64,000 bases of DNA from Schmidtea nova (lineage: Eukaryota): NCBI GenBank assembly GCA_044892505.1, contig CM097882.1, positions 244,528,001 to 244,592,000 on the forward strand. Reading direction: 5' to 3'. Below, piece by piece: positions 52,050-64,000 of the stretch. Under the pieces are notes generated by a model that made no database searches, was not told the DNA's origin, and was given only the letters and a program-made list of their open reading frames with translations. Both the position numbers and the translations under genes were made by a program. Position 1 is the stretch's first letter. Every line of letters starts with the position of its first letter.

Positions 52050-54060
52050 TTATAATAAATTATAAATATAAATCATCGCCGATAAACGCTTATTTAATTT
52101 GCAATTCTTAATTTCAAGGAAGAAAGAGTCAGTGTCACCAACAACAATGTCAATCTTACAATTGAAAAGATTCCTATATTTCTTCAATTCAAGATATTGG
52201 AGTTGATACATTCTAAGTTTAGACAGATCTAGTACCGCTTGACCGATATAACTAGGTCTGTCTAAACATGTCAAATCCTTGTTAAAATGAACTGCAATCA
52301 AATCGTCATCGACTTTGATGCACTTTACGAATGACGGTTTCGATGAATAAGTAATCATTTTTTCAGATGAATTACACAAACGCAAATTTATCCGCTTTTT
52401 TAAATTTTCTACAGATTTACCATAAAGGCTATTATTAAGAAGCCCAAAGTAATTTTATCCAACTCAGTTGTTGAATTTGCTCTCAAAGAAGTATTAGTGT
52501 CAAAATATTCCTGTAAATATAGTAGCCTGTTTGAATTTTATAGGCCTATGTACTTTACTAATCTTTACACCAAGAGAAAGAAACATCTTGAGAAGTCTCC
52601 AAAGAAGAACGTAGAAATTGTACATTTCCATATTCAAAAAAAGTTCAATAGGTTCCTTCAATGTTATGAGAGCAGAAGCCCATGACATTCCTGGAATTCC
52701 AAAAAAAATTTAAAGGATCCAATCCATTGTGAGCAATGGACTTGGCGCGAAATTGTTGAAAGAAGTCAGCAAGTAGGAAAACGTATAATTTTAAATAGAC
52801 CATCATATAATATAACAAAGTGTTACAATTATTTTCAGTCCAGACTTGTTGAGCTCTCAAGTACTCAGTTTCAGTACCATCATTCCAGATAGGAGGTAAT
52901 TCAAAGGTTGTCTCAAGAATATCCAAACTCGTCGCAAAGTTAAAGGGAAAAATACCTTTACAATCCATTATTGATCCTAAATTCAGAAGCAATTAATGGA
53001 AAACTATCAAGAGTTTTAACTGCTTTTGCTAATGAAGCATTAATGAACTGATAACTATCTATAAAGCGAACAGAAATTTTCTCAATATGATCAATTAAAG
53101 AAATGAATTTTTCAGTACTAGTAGGAATAATATTTAATTCCCAATTAGGAAAATTAAAAAGACCATACTTTAAAATGTAATGCATATCATAGCCTCTCAA
53201 GTTATGGAAAATAACAGGAAAGTGCTGACAAATTATCCTTCAAATATTACAGAGATTACAAGCAGCACCAAGATAACGACCCGAAAAGTGATCATGATCT
53301 TTAACTCGATTTCTAATCGGTTTCTTACAAAGGAAACAATAAGAGCAAGTCCAAAAAGATCTTTCCTCATCAAAAGATAAAGTTGAAATAGGTTTATTAC
53401 CATGATTTTCATAATTTGGGAGTACTATTGTGACAGCAATCTCCTCAACCTTTTTCAAAAATTCAAAAACACAATTTAAAATTATAAAACTGAAATAAGA
53501 AGAAAAAGAATTTAAATTATTAATTAATAATAACCCTGCTGATATAGGTAAATGTCTGTGATGGTGCTGTATGTCACTAGGCAAAATCGACTCAAAATCA
53601 CCATAAATTACAAAAGGAGGTTTAACAGTTTTTGAAAAATCACTAAACTCTAAATTTTTATTCTTGGGGAGTGTAAATAAAGTTGTTGCTATTTGATTTT
53701 TACTACATAAATCAATTTGAATATCAAAAGCTTCCTGACGTCGGAAACCATTGAGACATCTTATACACCAAGGACATCTTATTCTTACGTTTATTAAATT
53801 ATTTTTATGGCAGCCCATTAATTTTTGTAAATTACTGACTGCAGTATAATGAAAATTTCCATTGTTTTCAATTAATAATAAGTATATGGGTGTAATATCT
53901 GTTATTTTGGTCCTATGAACTATATCTAAGTGGGGGTGATGTGCTACATATTCATCATTATTTTAATCATCGCAATCATTAGGAATATTTGTAGAGTATT
54001 AACTAAGTACATTTATAGCTAAACCCGTCTTATTTTCCTCAAATTTAGGAATATTACATA
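52050..54060 (-). mobile_element. Polinton/Maverick protein-primed DNA polymerase B relic
   Basis: KPPFVIYGDFESIL, HDHFSGRYLGAACNLCN, GYDMHYIL, RFIDSYQF, DRPSYIGQAVLDLSK, GDTDSFF; many frameshifts. Confidence 0.85.
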
Positions 54061-54259
54061 ATTTCATGGAGCAGTCATTAACTTCGTCAAAAATTTAGTT
54101 CTTAGAGAAAAGATGTATAGATACTAGTACAGCTTCTATTATTTTCTTACACATTATATTTTCTTATTACTAAAATACTATATACAAAATAGAAATCGTC
54201 AGAGTTTTTCACATTAATAAAAACCTTTTACCTTTCAAAACTTAAGGGGTTTTAATAAA

Positions 54260-57200
54260 TGACAATAAAAAAAAACAATAACAATAAAAAAATAAATCCA
54301 ACAAAAAGAAAATAAATTCAGTATAGAGAAAATCAAAAAATGGTTTCTACAAAAAATTAAAAAGAAAAGGTTGAACAAGAAAAAATAATTAGGAAAAAGT
54401 AGAACAACAAAAATTCAAAATGAAAATATTTTATAAAATAAATAAAAAGTTTTATTGTGAATTTATAAAAAAGAAATAACAATAAAATAAATCAAACAAA
54501 AAGAAAAGAATTCAAAAAATGGTTTCTAAAAAATAGAAAAAAAATGTAGACCAAGAAAAAATAAAATAATTATAAAATAAATGCAAAAAGATTTTATCCA
54601 ATAACATTACTTGAAATTATTGATATTATATAACAATTGATATTATTATTAATTTTGAAATCAAAATATTTTTGAAAAGAAATAAAAGTTTAATTGTGAA
54701 TTTATAAAAAATAAATAACAATAACAAAATCAAACAAAAGAAAAGAAATCAAAAAATGGTTTCTATAAAAATAGAAAAGAAAATGTAAACCAAGAAAAAA
54801 TATAATAATTAATAGATTATTTAAAAAAGATTTTATCCAATAGAATTACTTGAAATTATTGAAAATATAAAAATGGTTATTATTATTATTAATTTTGAAA
54901 TCAAAATATTTTTGAAAAAAAATAAAAGTTTTATTGTAAATTTATAAAAAATAAATAACAAGAAATAAAAAGAAAATAAGTCCAATATATATATATAAAA
55001 TAAAAAATGGTTCCTACATAAAAATTAAAAAGAAAAGGTTGAACAAGAAAAAATAATAAAAAAAATGAAGAACAAGAAAAAAATCAAAATGAAAGCATTT
55101 TATAAAATAAATAAAAAGTTTTATTGTGAATTTATAAAAAATAAATAACAATAAAATAAATCAAACAAAAAGAAAAGAATTCAAAAAAGGGTTTCTATAA
55201 AAATAGAAAAGAAAATGTAGACCAAGAAAAAATATAATTATTAATAGATTATTTAAAAAAGATTTTATCCAATAGAATTACTTGAAATTATTGAAAATAT
55301 AAAAATGGTTATTATTATTAATTTTGAAATCAAAATATTTTTGAAAAGAAATAAAAGTTTTATTGTGAATTTATAAAAAATAAATAACAATAAAATAAAT
55401 CAAACAAAAAGAAAAGAATTCAAAAAAGGGTTTCTATAAAAATAGAAAAAATATAATAATTAAAAGATTATTTATAAAAGATTTTATCCAATAAAATTAC
55501 TTGAAATTATTGAAAATATAAAAATGGTTATTATTATTAATTTTGAAATCAAAATATTTTTGAAAAAAAATAAATAACAATGAATAAAAAGAAAATAAAA
55601 AGAAAAAAGGTCCAATATATAGAAAATCAAAAAATGGTTTCTACAAAAAAATTAAAAAGAAAAGGTTGAACAAGAAAAAATATAAAAGAATAAGTAGAAC
55701 AAGAAAAAAATCAAAATGAAAACATTTTAGAAATAATTAAATAAAAAGTTTTATTGTGAATTTATAAAAAATAAATAACAATGAATAAAAAGAAAATAAA
55801 AAGAAAAAGAGTCCAATATATAGAAAATCAAAAAATGGTTTCTACAAAAAAATTAAAAAGAAAAGGTTGAAAAAGAAAAAATAATAAAGAAAAAGTAGAG
55901 CAATAAAAAATTCAAAATGAAAATATTTTTTAAAGTAAATAAAAAGTTTTATTGTGAATTATGAAACAATACAAAATTTCAACGAAATGAAAATCAATCC
56001 AGTGTACAGAAAATCAAAAAATGGTTTCTATAAAACTAGAAAAGAAAAAGTAGACCAAGAAAAAATATAATAATTATAAAATAAATGCAGAAAGATTTTA
56101 TCCAATAAAATTACTTGAAATTATTAAAAATATAAAAATGGTTATTATTATTTATTTTGAAATCAAAATATTTTTGAAAAAAAATCAAAAAGAAATCAAA
56201 AAAAAATCAAAAAAAATGAAAAGAAATCAAAAAATGGTTTCTATAAAAATAGAAAAGAAAATGTAGACCAAGAAAAAATATAATAATTAATAGATTATTT
56301 AAAAAAGATTTTATCCAAATTATTGGAAATATAAAAATGGTTATTATTATTATAAATTTTGAAATCAAAATATTTTTGAAAAAAAATAAAAGTTTTATTG
56401 TGAATTTATAAAAAATAAATAACAAGAAATAAAAAGAAAATAAGTCCAAAATATAGAAAATCAAAAAATGGTTTCTACAAAAAAATTAAAAAGAAAAGGT
56501 TGAACAAGAAAAAATAATAAAGAAAAAGTAGAATAATATAAAATTCAAAATGAAAATATTTTTTAAAGTAAATAAAAAATTTATTGAACAATAGAAAAAT
56601 TCAACAAAATGAAAATCAATCCAGTGTACAGAAAATCAAAAAATGGTTTCTATAAAACTAGAAAAGAAAAATTAGACCAAGAAAAAATATAATAATTATA
56701 AAATAAATGCAAAAAGATTTTATCCAATAAAATTACTTGAAATTATTGAAAATATAAAAATGGTTATTATTATTAATTTTGAAATCAAAATATTTTTGAA
56801 AAGAAATCAAAGTTTTATTGTGAATTTATAAAAAATATATAACAATAAAAAAAATCAAACAAAATGAAAAGAAATAAAAAAAGTGGTTTCTATAAAAATA
56901 GAAAATAAAATGTAGACCAAGAAAAAATATAATAATTAATAGATTATTTAAAAAAGATTTTATCCAATAGAATTACTTGATATTATTGAAAATATAAAAA
57001 TGGTTATTATTATTATTAATTTTGAAATCAAAATATTTTTGAAAAAAAATAAAAGTTTTATTGTGAATTTAAAAAAAATAAATAACAAGAAATAAAAAGA
57101 AAATAAGTCCAATATATATAAAATCAAAAAATGGTTTCTACAAAAAAATTAAAAAGAAAAGGTTGAACAAGAAAAAATAATAAAGAAAAAGTAAAACAAT

Positions 57201-58950
57201 AAAAAATTCAAAATGAAAATATTTTTTAAAGTAAATAAAAAGTTTTATTTTATTAACAATATAATTCAACAAAATGAAAATCAGTCCAGTGTACAGAAAA
57301 TAAACAATAGTTTCTATAAAAATATAAAAGAAAAAGTAGACAAAGAAAAAATATAATAATTATAAAATAAATGTAAAAAGATTTTATCCAATAAAATTAC
57401 CTGAAATTATTGAAAATATAAAAATGGATATTATTATTAATTTTGAAATCAAAATATTTTTGAAAAAAAATAAAAGTTTTATTGTGAATTTATAAAAAAT
57501 AAATAACAATAAAAAAATTAAATAAAAAGAAAGGAAATCAAAAAATGGTTGTTATAAAAATAAAAAGGAAAATGTAGACCAAGAAAAAATATAATAATTA
57601 ATAGATTAATTAAAAAAGATTTTATCCAATAAAATTACTTGAAATTATTGAAAATATAAAAATAGTTATTATTAATTATTATAAAATCAAAATAACTTTG
57701 AAAAAAAATAAAAGTTTTATTGTGAATTTATAAAAAATAAATAACAATAAAAAAATCAAACGAAAAGAAAAGAAATCAAAAAATGGTTTCTATAAAAAAA
57801 GAAAAGAAAATGTAGACCAAGAAATAATATAACAATTAGTAGAATAATTAAAAAAGATTTTATCCAATAAAATTACTTGAAATTATTGATAATATAAAAA
57901 TGGTTAAATAAAAAAAATATTTTTGAAAAAAATTAATTGTGTTATTGTGAATTTATAAAAAATAAATAACAAAAAATAAAAAGAAAATAAGACAAAAAAA
58001 TGGTTTCTACAAAAAAATTAAAAAGAAAAGGTTGAACAAGAAAAAATAATAAAGAAAAAGTAGAACAAGAAAAAAATAAAAAATGAAAACATTTTATAAA
58101 ATAAATAAAAAGTTTTATTGTGAATTTATAAAAAATAAATAACAATAAAATAAATCAAAAAATGGTTTCTTTAAAAATAGAAAAGTTAAATGTAGACCAA
58201 GAAAAAAGATAATAATTAATAGATTAATTAAAAAAGATTTTATCCAATAAAATTACTTAAAATTATTGAAAATATAAAAATGGTTATTATTAATTATGTT
58301 GAAATCAAAATATTTTTGAAAAAAAATAATTGTGTTATTGTGAATTTATAAAAAATAAATAACAATAAATAAAAAGAAAATAAGTCCAATATATAGAAAA
58401 TATAATATATAAATCTTATATATTAAAAAANNNNNNNNNNNNNNNNNNNNNNNNNNNNNNNNNNNNNNNNNNNNNNNNNNNNNNNNNNNNNNNNNNNNNN
58501 NNNNNNNNNNNNNNNNNNNNNNNNNNNNNNNNNNNNNNNNNNNNNNNNNNNNNNNNNNNNNNNTATAAATCTAATATATATAAAAAAATATTAAAAAAAA
58601 TATTATATATAAATCCAATATATAGAAAATAATTGTGTTATTGTGAATTTATAAAAAATAAATAACAATTAATAAAAAGGAAATAAGTCCAATATATAGA
58701 AAATAAGTCCTATATAAAAAAAATGGTTTCTACAAAAAAATTAAATAGAAAAGGTTATAAAGAATAATAAAAAATAATAAAGAAAAATTAGAACAATATA
58801 AAATTCAAAATGATAATATTGAAAATATTGTGAAAATATTGTGAAAATATTGTGAATTACAAAACAATACAAAAATTCAACAAAATGAAAATCAATCTAG
58901 TATACAGAAAATCAAAAAATGGTTTCTATAAAAATAGAAAAGAAAATGCA
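54260..58950. repeat. A-rich complex satellite with about 238-bp and about 180-200-bp subunits
   Basis: Marker GATTTTATCCAA recurs 12 times at spacings of about 213-240 or 380-430 bp (one about 615 bp). Confidence 0.9.
58431..58563. other. Assembly gap (133 N)
   Basis: Run of N. Confidence 1.
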
Positions 58951-59224
58951 GAAGTAGTAGGAAGTGAGCCCGCCAGATATAGGTCAAGACCCCTCCTAGA
59001 AAATTTTATGTAGGTCAATTTAAGTCCAAATATTTCTCTTAAGGACACTTTAAGATCAAACTTTTCACTCAAAGTCAAAAAAGTAGGTCAAAGTCGTAGT
59101 CAAAGCGCGACCTTTCTTCCCACTTTGACATTCTGTCAACATAATTACTTCATCCACTTCTCTCTTTCTCCATGACCAGTAATAACTCTCCACGAGTCCT
59201 CCTTTAATTCCAAATGTGGAAGAC

Positions 59225-61259
59225 TCACCACCTTATCACCTCTGGAGGAAGTATTTCCTTCCAATCAATTCTTTGCATCCATGTTTCTTGCATTATGCAT
59301 TTATTTATGAATTTTGCAGCTGTATAAATCAATATTCGAACCTTTTTAATTTCCCCATCACGCCCCACATCTGGACAATGCAGCAGACACCATTTCGTTC
59401 TATTTTCCTTTACATTAACTTCTAATTTAATCAACTAATTTAACCATCTCGTTTGGATTCGACCAATTCTTCGCCAGTATTCATTACATTGTTAGAAATA
59501 TAAATTTCCCCTTCGGTAATTATTTCCAATTTCCTTGAGACTTCTTTAACCAACTCCATGTTAGTATTGAGTCCCATTTTCAAGAAATCCTTTTCTATCA
59601 TTAAAGATTTCAAGTTTAATTTAATATATTCAATCATTCCCAGACTACCATTTAGTTTAATTATTAAATTACAGATTACTTCCATCAAATCCTTCACCAA
59701 GGTTTGCTGAGAAGAGATTTCGTCATTAGCCTCTCGAAGTTTTTCTAGGTAATCATTTTCCTTTTCTTTCATCTCCACATTTAAATGCCTTTCTTTCGCA
59801 GTAAGCTCATTTAAATAGATTTCATTTCGTTCAATTTTTATATCTAGTTCTCGATTTACAGTTGCCAATTTAAAGTTAATATCATTTACATTTTCTATCT
59901 CAGCTGACAACGTTTCTACAGTTTCAGCCAAATTCGCTAATTTTACTTCTAATTCAATCGTGTCTATTTCATGTTGAAGAACTTCTATTTTTAAATGAAG
60001 CTGTGTTATTAAACCCGACTTGTCAGCTAGGGCGCGTTTTGTTTCGATTTCATAATTCCTCAAATTCTTTCCAGCTCACCTTTATGAGCTTTAACTAATG
60101 CCAGCTCGTCAAATAATTTTGAATATTCTTCAAATAAAGATTCCAATTTACTTTGAATTACATTCTTGCTTTTCGATAAATTCTCATAATTAACCTTGCA
60201 AGATTTCATTTTCGTCTCTAAATCGGCCACCTCCTTTTCTCTCAATTTTAACGATATTGTCTTGCTTCTTTCTTTTTCTAATTCCAATTCAAAAATATTT
60301 TTCCTCTTTTAAAATTCATTTTTATCCTTTAGTTTTTCATTTATCAAATTCCCATTTTTCTCTTTCAAACTATTTATTTCTTTGTTCAATTCTGATATTG
60401 TTCTTTCTGACGATACTTCTATCTCTTGGCTTTCAATGCTTTTGTCCATCATTCCTTTTCCTGGATAGCGATTTGCTTTGTTAACTACGCTATTGTCTAT
60501 CTCTAGTCTCTTTTCCACTGAACTTCTACTTGACATTCCTCGGATAGAGCCCCGTTGCGAATCTACTTTGAAACTTCTTTCTGCTATCTTCCTCGATAGA
60601 TATTCATTACGCTCTTCAATTGATGCTAATTCTTGACCAAAGTGCTTGGCAGCTTCCAGGTCCCCCAACTCTTCTGCCAAGCTCTTCAGCCTGCACCAGT
60701 CCTCCTGCACTTCCTCACATTTCTCTTCATTTATCAATTTAACATTTTTCTCTTTCAAACTATTTATTACCTTGTTCAGTTCTGAAATTGTTCTTTCTGA
60801 CGGCACTTCTCTCTCTTGGCTTTCAATGCTTATGTCCAACATTCTTTTTCCTGGATAGCGATTCGCTTTGTTAACTACGCCATTATCTATCTCTAATCAC
60901 CCTTCAACCGAACCTCCACCTGACATTCCTCGGATAGAGTCTACCCGCAAACGTTCGTTAAGACTTATTTCTACCGTCTTCCTCCCTAAATGTTCATTTC
61001 GCTCTTCAATAGCATCTAATTCCTGATCAAAGCGTCTGGCAGCTTCTAGGTCTCCCAACTCTTCTGCTAAGCTCTTTAGCCTGCTCCAGTCCTCCAGCAC
61101 TTCATCAAAGTCTTCTTCGTATTCCTCTTGACGTTGCACGCGATCCGCTTCCGACAGGTATTCTGAGGCTCTCGTGAATAGTTTGGTGAGATGCGACTTC
61201 TGAACGCAGAGCTTCTCGATCCCATTCTTTAGCTGCAACTGTTTGTCTTGGGTATCCAT
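59225..61259 (-). mobile_element. Degenerate BEL/Pao-like retroelement relic with an internal tandem duplication of about 390 bp
   Basis: TWMQRIDWKEILPPEVIRW resembles the Pao LW..L.WD..LP motif; coiled-coil ORFs; duplicated unit at about 60340-60730 and 60730-61115. Confidence 0.55.
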
Positions 61260-61594
61260 ACCTCCTCGCAATCCCAACACCAAATGCAAGGTAGATTCCC
61301 TTTGCATATTGTAATAACATAATGTTCGTCCGTCTTCCAGTTGTTTTCCGACGAAGATCAACCTTTGCTGGTTAGGAGGAATGCCTTCTTTGTCTTGTAT
61401 TCTCGTTTTTACATTTTACATTTTACACTTTACATTTTACATTTTACATTTTACATTTTACATTTTACATTTTACATTTTACATTTTACACAACTTGATT
61501 CAACTTCCAGGGTAATAGTTTTCCCTGATAAAGTCCTCACAAACATCTGTATACCACCTCTCAATCGTAAATCCAATTGCAAAGTTGACTCCGT
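61260..61594 (-). pseudogene. Polyubiquitin fragment: tail of one unit plus one unit interrupted by a microsatellite
   Basis: [33 protein letters not shown]...[45 protein letters not shown]. Confidence 0.92.
61407..61490 (+). repeat. (TTTTACA)12 heptamer repeat
   Basis: Read directly; one variant unit. Confidence 0.95.
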
Positions 61595-61900
61595 TTTATT
61601 TTCTTTCATTCGCGGACTATACTCTTTTAAACTTGTACTTGCATCACAACTTGGCATTGAATAAAAACACAAACATTCCGCTACTTTAACTTCATTTACC
61701 CTGTCTTCATGAATACCCAATTTAATATTTTTAGCAAATTGATCATACAACTTTTTATAATTAGCTTCGGATTCAATTATTAGTTCAAAAAGTTCTAAAC
61801 CTTTTCCTCCTAATTATTTTCTGATTACTTTCAAATTCATATTTTGTTGCAACATTTCCCGGCTGATATTCAATAGAAAATCTCCCCTGACATAGCCGGT
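61595..61900 (-). pseudogene. HSP90: HSP90 middle-domain fragment
   Basis: [50 protein letters not shown]. Confidence 0.88.
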
Positions 61901-62539
61901 CCACATAGTCGGTCCACTGACTTTTGATTTAACGTAAATTTAAAAAGATTAATTGCTGAGTGTGATTTGGAATTTTTGAGTTTCGATTTGGATTTTAATT
62001 TAATGGAACTTTTGGTTTAAATATTGGATTTGTGAATTTTTCTAGGATTTGATTTTGTTTAGCTGATTTAATTGCTTTTGAGCTTCGTTTTCGTCAGTTG
62101 ATTGGAATAAAAGAGGTTTCGAATTTGGGATTTATGTTTTGCGAATTCGAATTTTGTAACATTTGGAATTAAATAAAGTCATTGTGACTTCGAATTTTGA
62201 TTTATATTCAATTAGAAAAAATGAAATGAAATTTGATAACAAACTATATTTGGATAGCGTTCGGACTGTAGTTTATGGGAAAGTGCTGACTTTCTCAGTT
62301 TCTTTGGAGTTCCCTTTATAAAGAGTTTAGATAAAGCTGCCTGTTATGAAGAGAATCCTAATTCGAATTTGATCAATGGAATCGAAATCTCTTTTGTTGA
62401 CGAATCAAAAGTATGCCGTGCACAATTGGAAGCTGCACGATGTGAATGCGAATTTCATCATGAAATGTCCTGTGACATGACTTGTAGATGTATTGCCGAA
62501 AATAATCAATCGTACAATCGAATTTATGGTTTACGGACA

Positions 62540-63650
62540 CTTTAAGGACAAAAAAATAAGCCAAGGTCATTTTAAGAACACTATAAGGACAAAATAAGTA
62601 GGTCAAATATTTTTAAGATGAATTTAAGGTTAAAATAAGTAGGTCAAATATAATTTTCAAATTTTTTCTATGTCAGGAAAAAGTAGGTCAAATATTTTTA
62701 AGTTGCTATGACAACGAATAAGTAGGTCAACTTTATTTTTTCAAAATTTGCTAGTTGCTATGACAACGAATTAAGTAAGTCAATATTATTTTAAAAAATT
62801 TTTTAATGTCAGAATTAAGTAGGTCAAATATAAAAACTTGAAAATTTTTCTAAATCTAAATTAAGTAGGTCAATAATAATTTTCAAAATTATTCAAAGTT
62901 ATAATAAATTAAAACTTTTTTCTATGTCAGAATTAAGTAGGTCAACTTTATTTTTTCAAAATTTTTCTGTCAGAATTAAGTAGGTCAAATATAAAAACTT
63001 GAAAATTTTTCTAAATCTAAATTAAGTAGGTCAATAATAATTTTCAAAATTATTCAAAGTTATAATAAATTAAAACTTTTTTCTATGTCAGAATTAAGTA
63101 GGTCAACTTTATTTTTTCAAAATTTTTCTATGTCAGAATTAAGTAGGTCAAATATAAAAACTTGAAAATTTTTCTAAATCTAAATTAAGTAGGTCAATAA
63201 TAATTTTCAAAATTATTCTAAGTTATAATAAATTAAAAACTTTTTCTATGTCAAAATTAAGTATGTCAAATATAATATTTAAAATTTGTCTATGTCATAA
63301 ATAAGTAGGTCAAATATAAAATTATTCAAAGTTATAATAAATTTAAAAAATTTTCTATGTCAGAATTAAGTAGGTCAATTTAAGGTCACGACGAGGACAA
63401 ATTAAGTAAGTCAATAATAATTTCTAAATTTTTTCTATGTAAAAATGAAGTAGGCTAATAATAAATTTCGAAATTTTTCAAAGTCAGAATAAAGGGTACA
63501 TTAAGGATACTTTAAGGTCAACAAAGTAGGTGAAATATAATTTTTCTATGTCAGAAAAAAGTAGGTCAAATAGATAATTTTCTATGTCAGAATTATGAAG
63601 GTCAAATATAAAAACTTTAAAATTATTCTATGTTAAAAAGTAGGTCATCA
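62540..63650 (+). repeat. Array of AAGTAGGTCA motifs with an internal unit of about 160 bp
   Basis: 16 perfect copies counted plus several variants, all on the + strand. Confidence 0.9.
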
Positions 63651-64000
63651 AAATCTGTTTGATAATAATAATTATTAGCAGCAACGATCTCAAATTCGTT
63701 TTCGGCATCCATTAAAAAATTAAATCAGCAACAAAATTTATTAAATTTAAAACTTCGCTTTTTTTTCCAAATATTTAAACAAAAACTTGAAGGCTATTCT
63801 TCTGTAATTCTGATATTGATTCAAATGCTGGATAATTTTTAAATAAAAATTAACATATATTTTAAAATTAATTTAATTAATTAATTTAAGATGTTTAAAT
63901 AAAAATTTATGAAATCTGACAAATACAATTTAAATGTTTATTAGCAATTTTAATTTAAACGTGAATTCTACCCTTTCATCCCCCTTCTTTAAATTCTTTT

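Noticed and set aside
56207-58145. Phe/Ile-rich ORFs in the satellite
   Set aside because: Chance frames in A-rich tandem repeat
62373-62606. 77-aa ORF next to the AGGTCA array
   Set aside because: No recognisable homology in any frame I read

Overview
AT-rich eukaryotic (invertebrate-like) genomic window made almost entirely of transposable elements and repeats; no intact host gene is supportable. The centrepiece is a young, apparently near-intact 29.1-kb Ty3/Gypsy LTR retroelement on the minus strand (19009-48117), with 3.1-kb TG...CA LTRs, a TATA target-site duplication and a tRNA-Pro-type PBS. Its single 4966-aa ORF reads Gag(CA, 3 CCHC)-2 ubiquitin-like domains-Bcl-2-like-chuvirus/gB-type envelope glycoprotein-protease-RT-RNase H-integrase-ankyrin repeats-FN3-like/TM. 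It also carries seven accessory ORFs: an IAP-type RING protein, a full-length TRAF homologue, coiled-coil and membrane proteins, and two ORFs inside the LTR. Non-coding signals in the element include six bulged hairpins with compensatory base changes, a YAG acceptor-like motif 1-7 nt before every accessory start codon, and three antisense mini-introns in the LTR. From memory, its size and cargo resemble the giant planarian Burro elements, but the host cannot be proven from sequence. The rest of the window holds a dead diverged sister copy (1-9045) with a 1.58-kb insertion, hAT, pogo, Penelope, Polinton and BEL/Pao relics, captured HSP90 and ubiquitin fragments, an A-rich satellite with an assembly gap, and an AAGTAGGTCA motif array. 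All domain calls are by motif recognition by eye; no database search was run.
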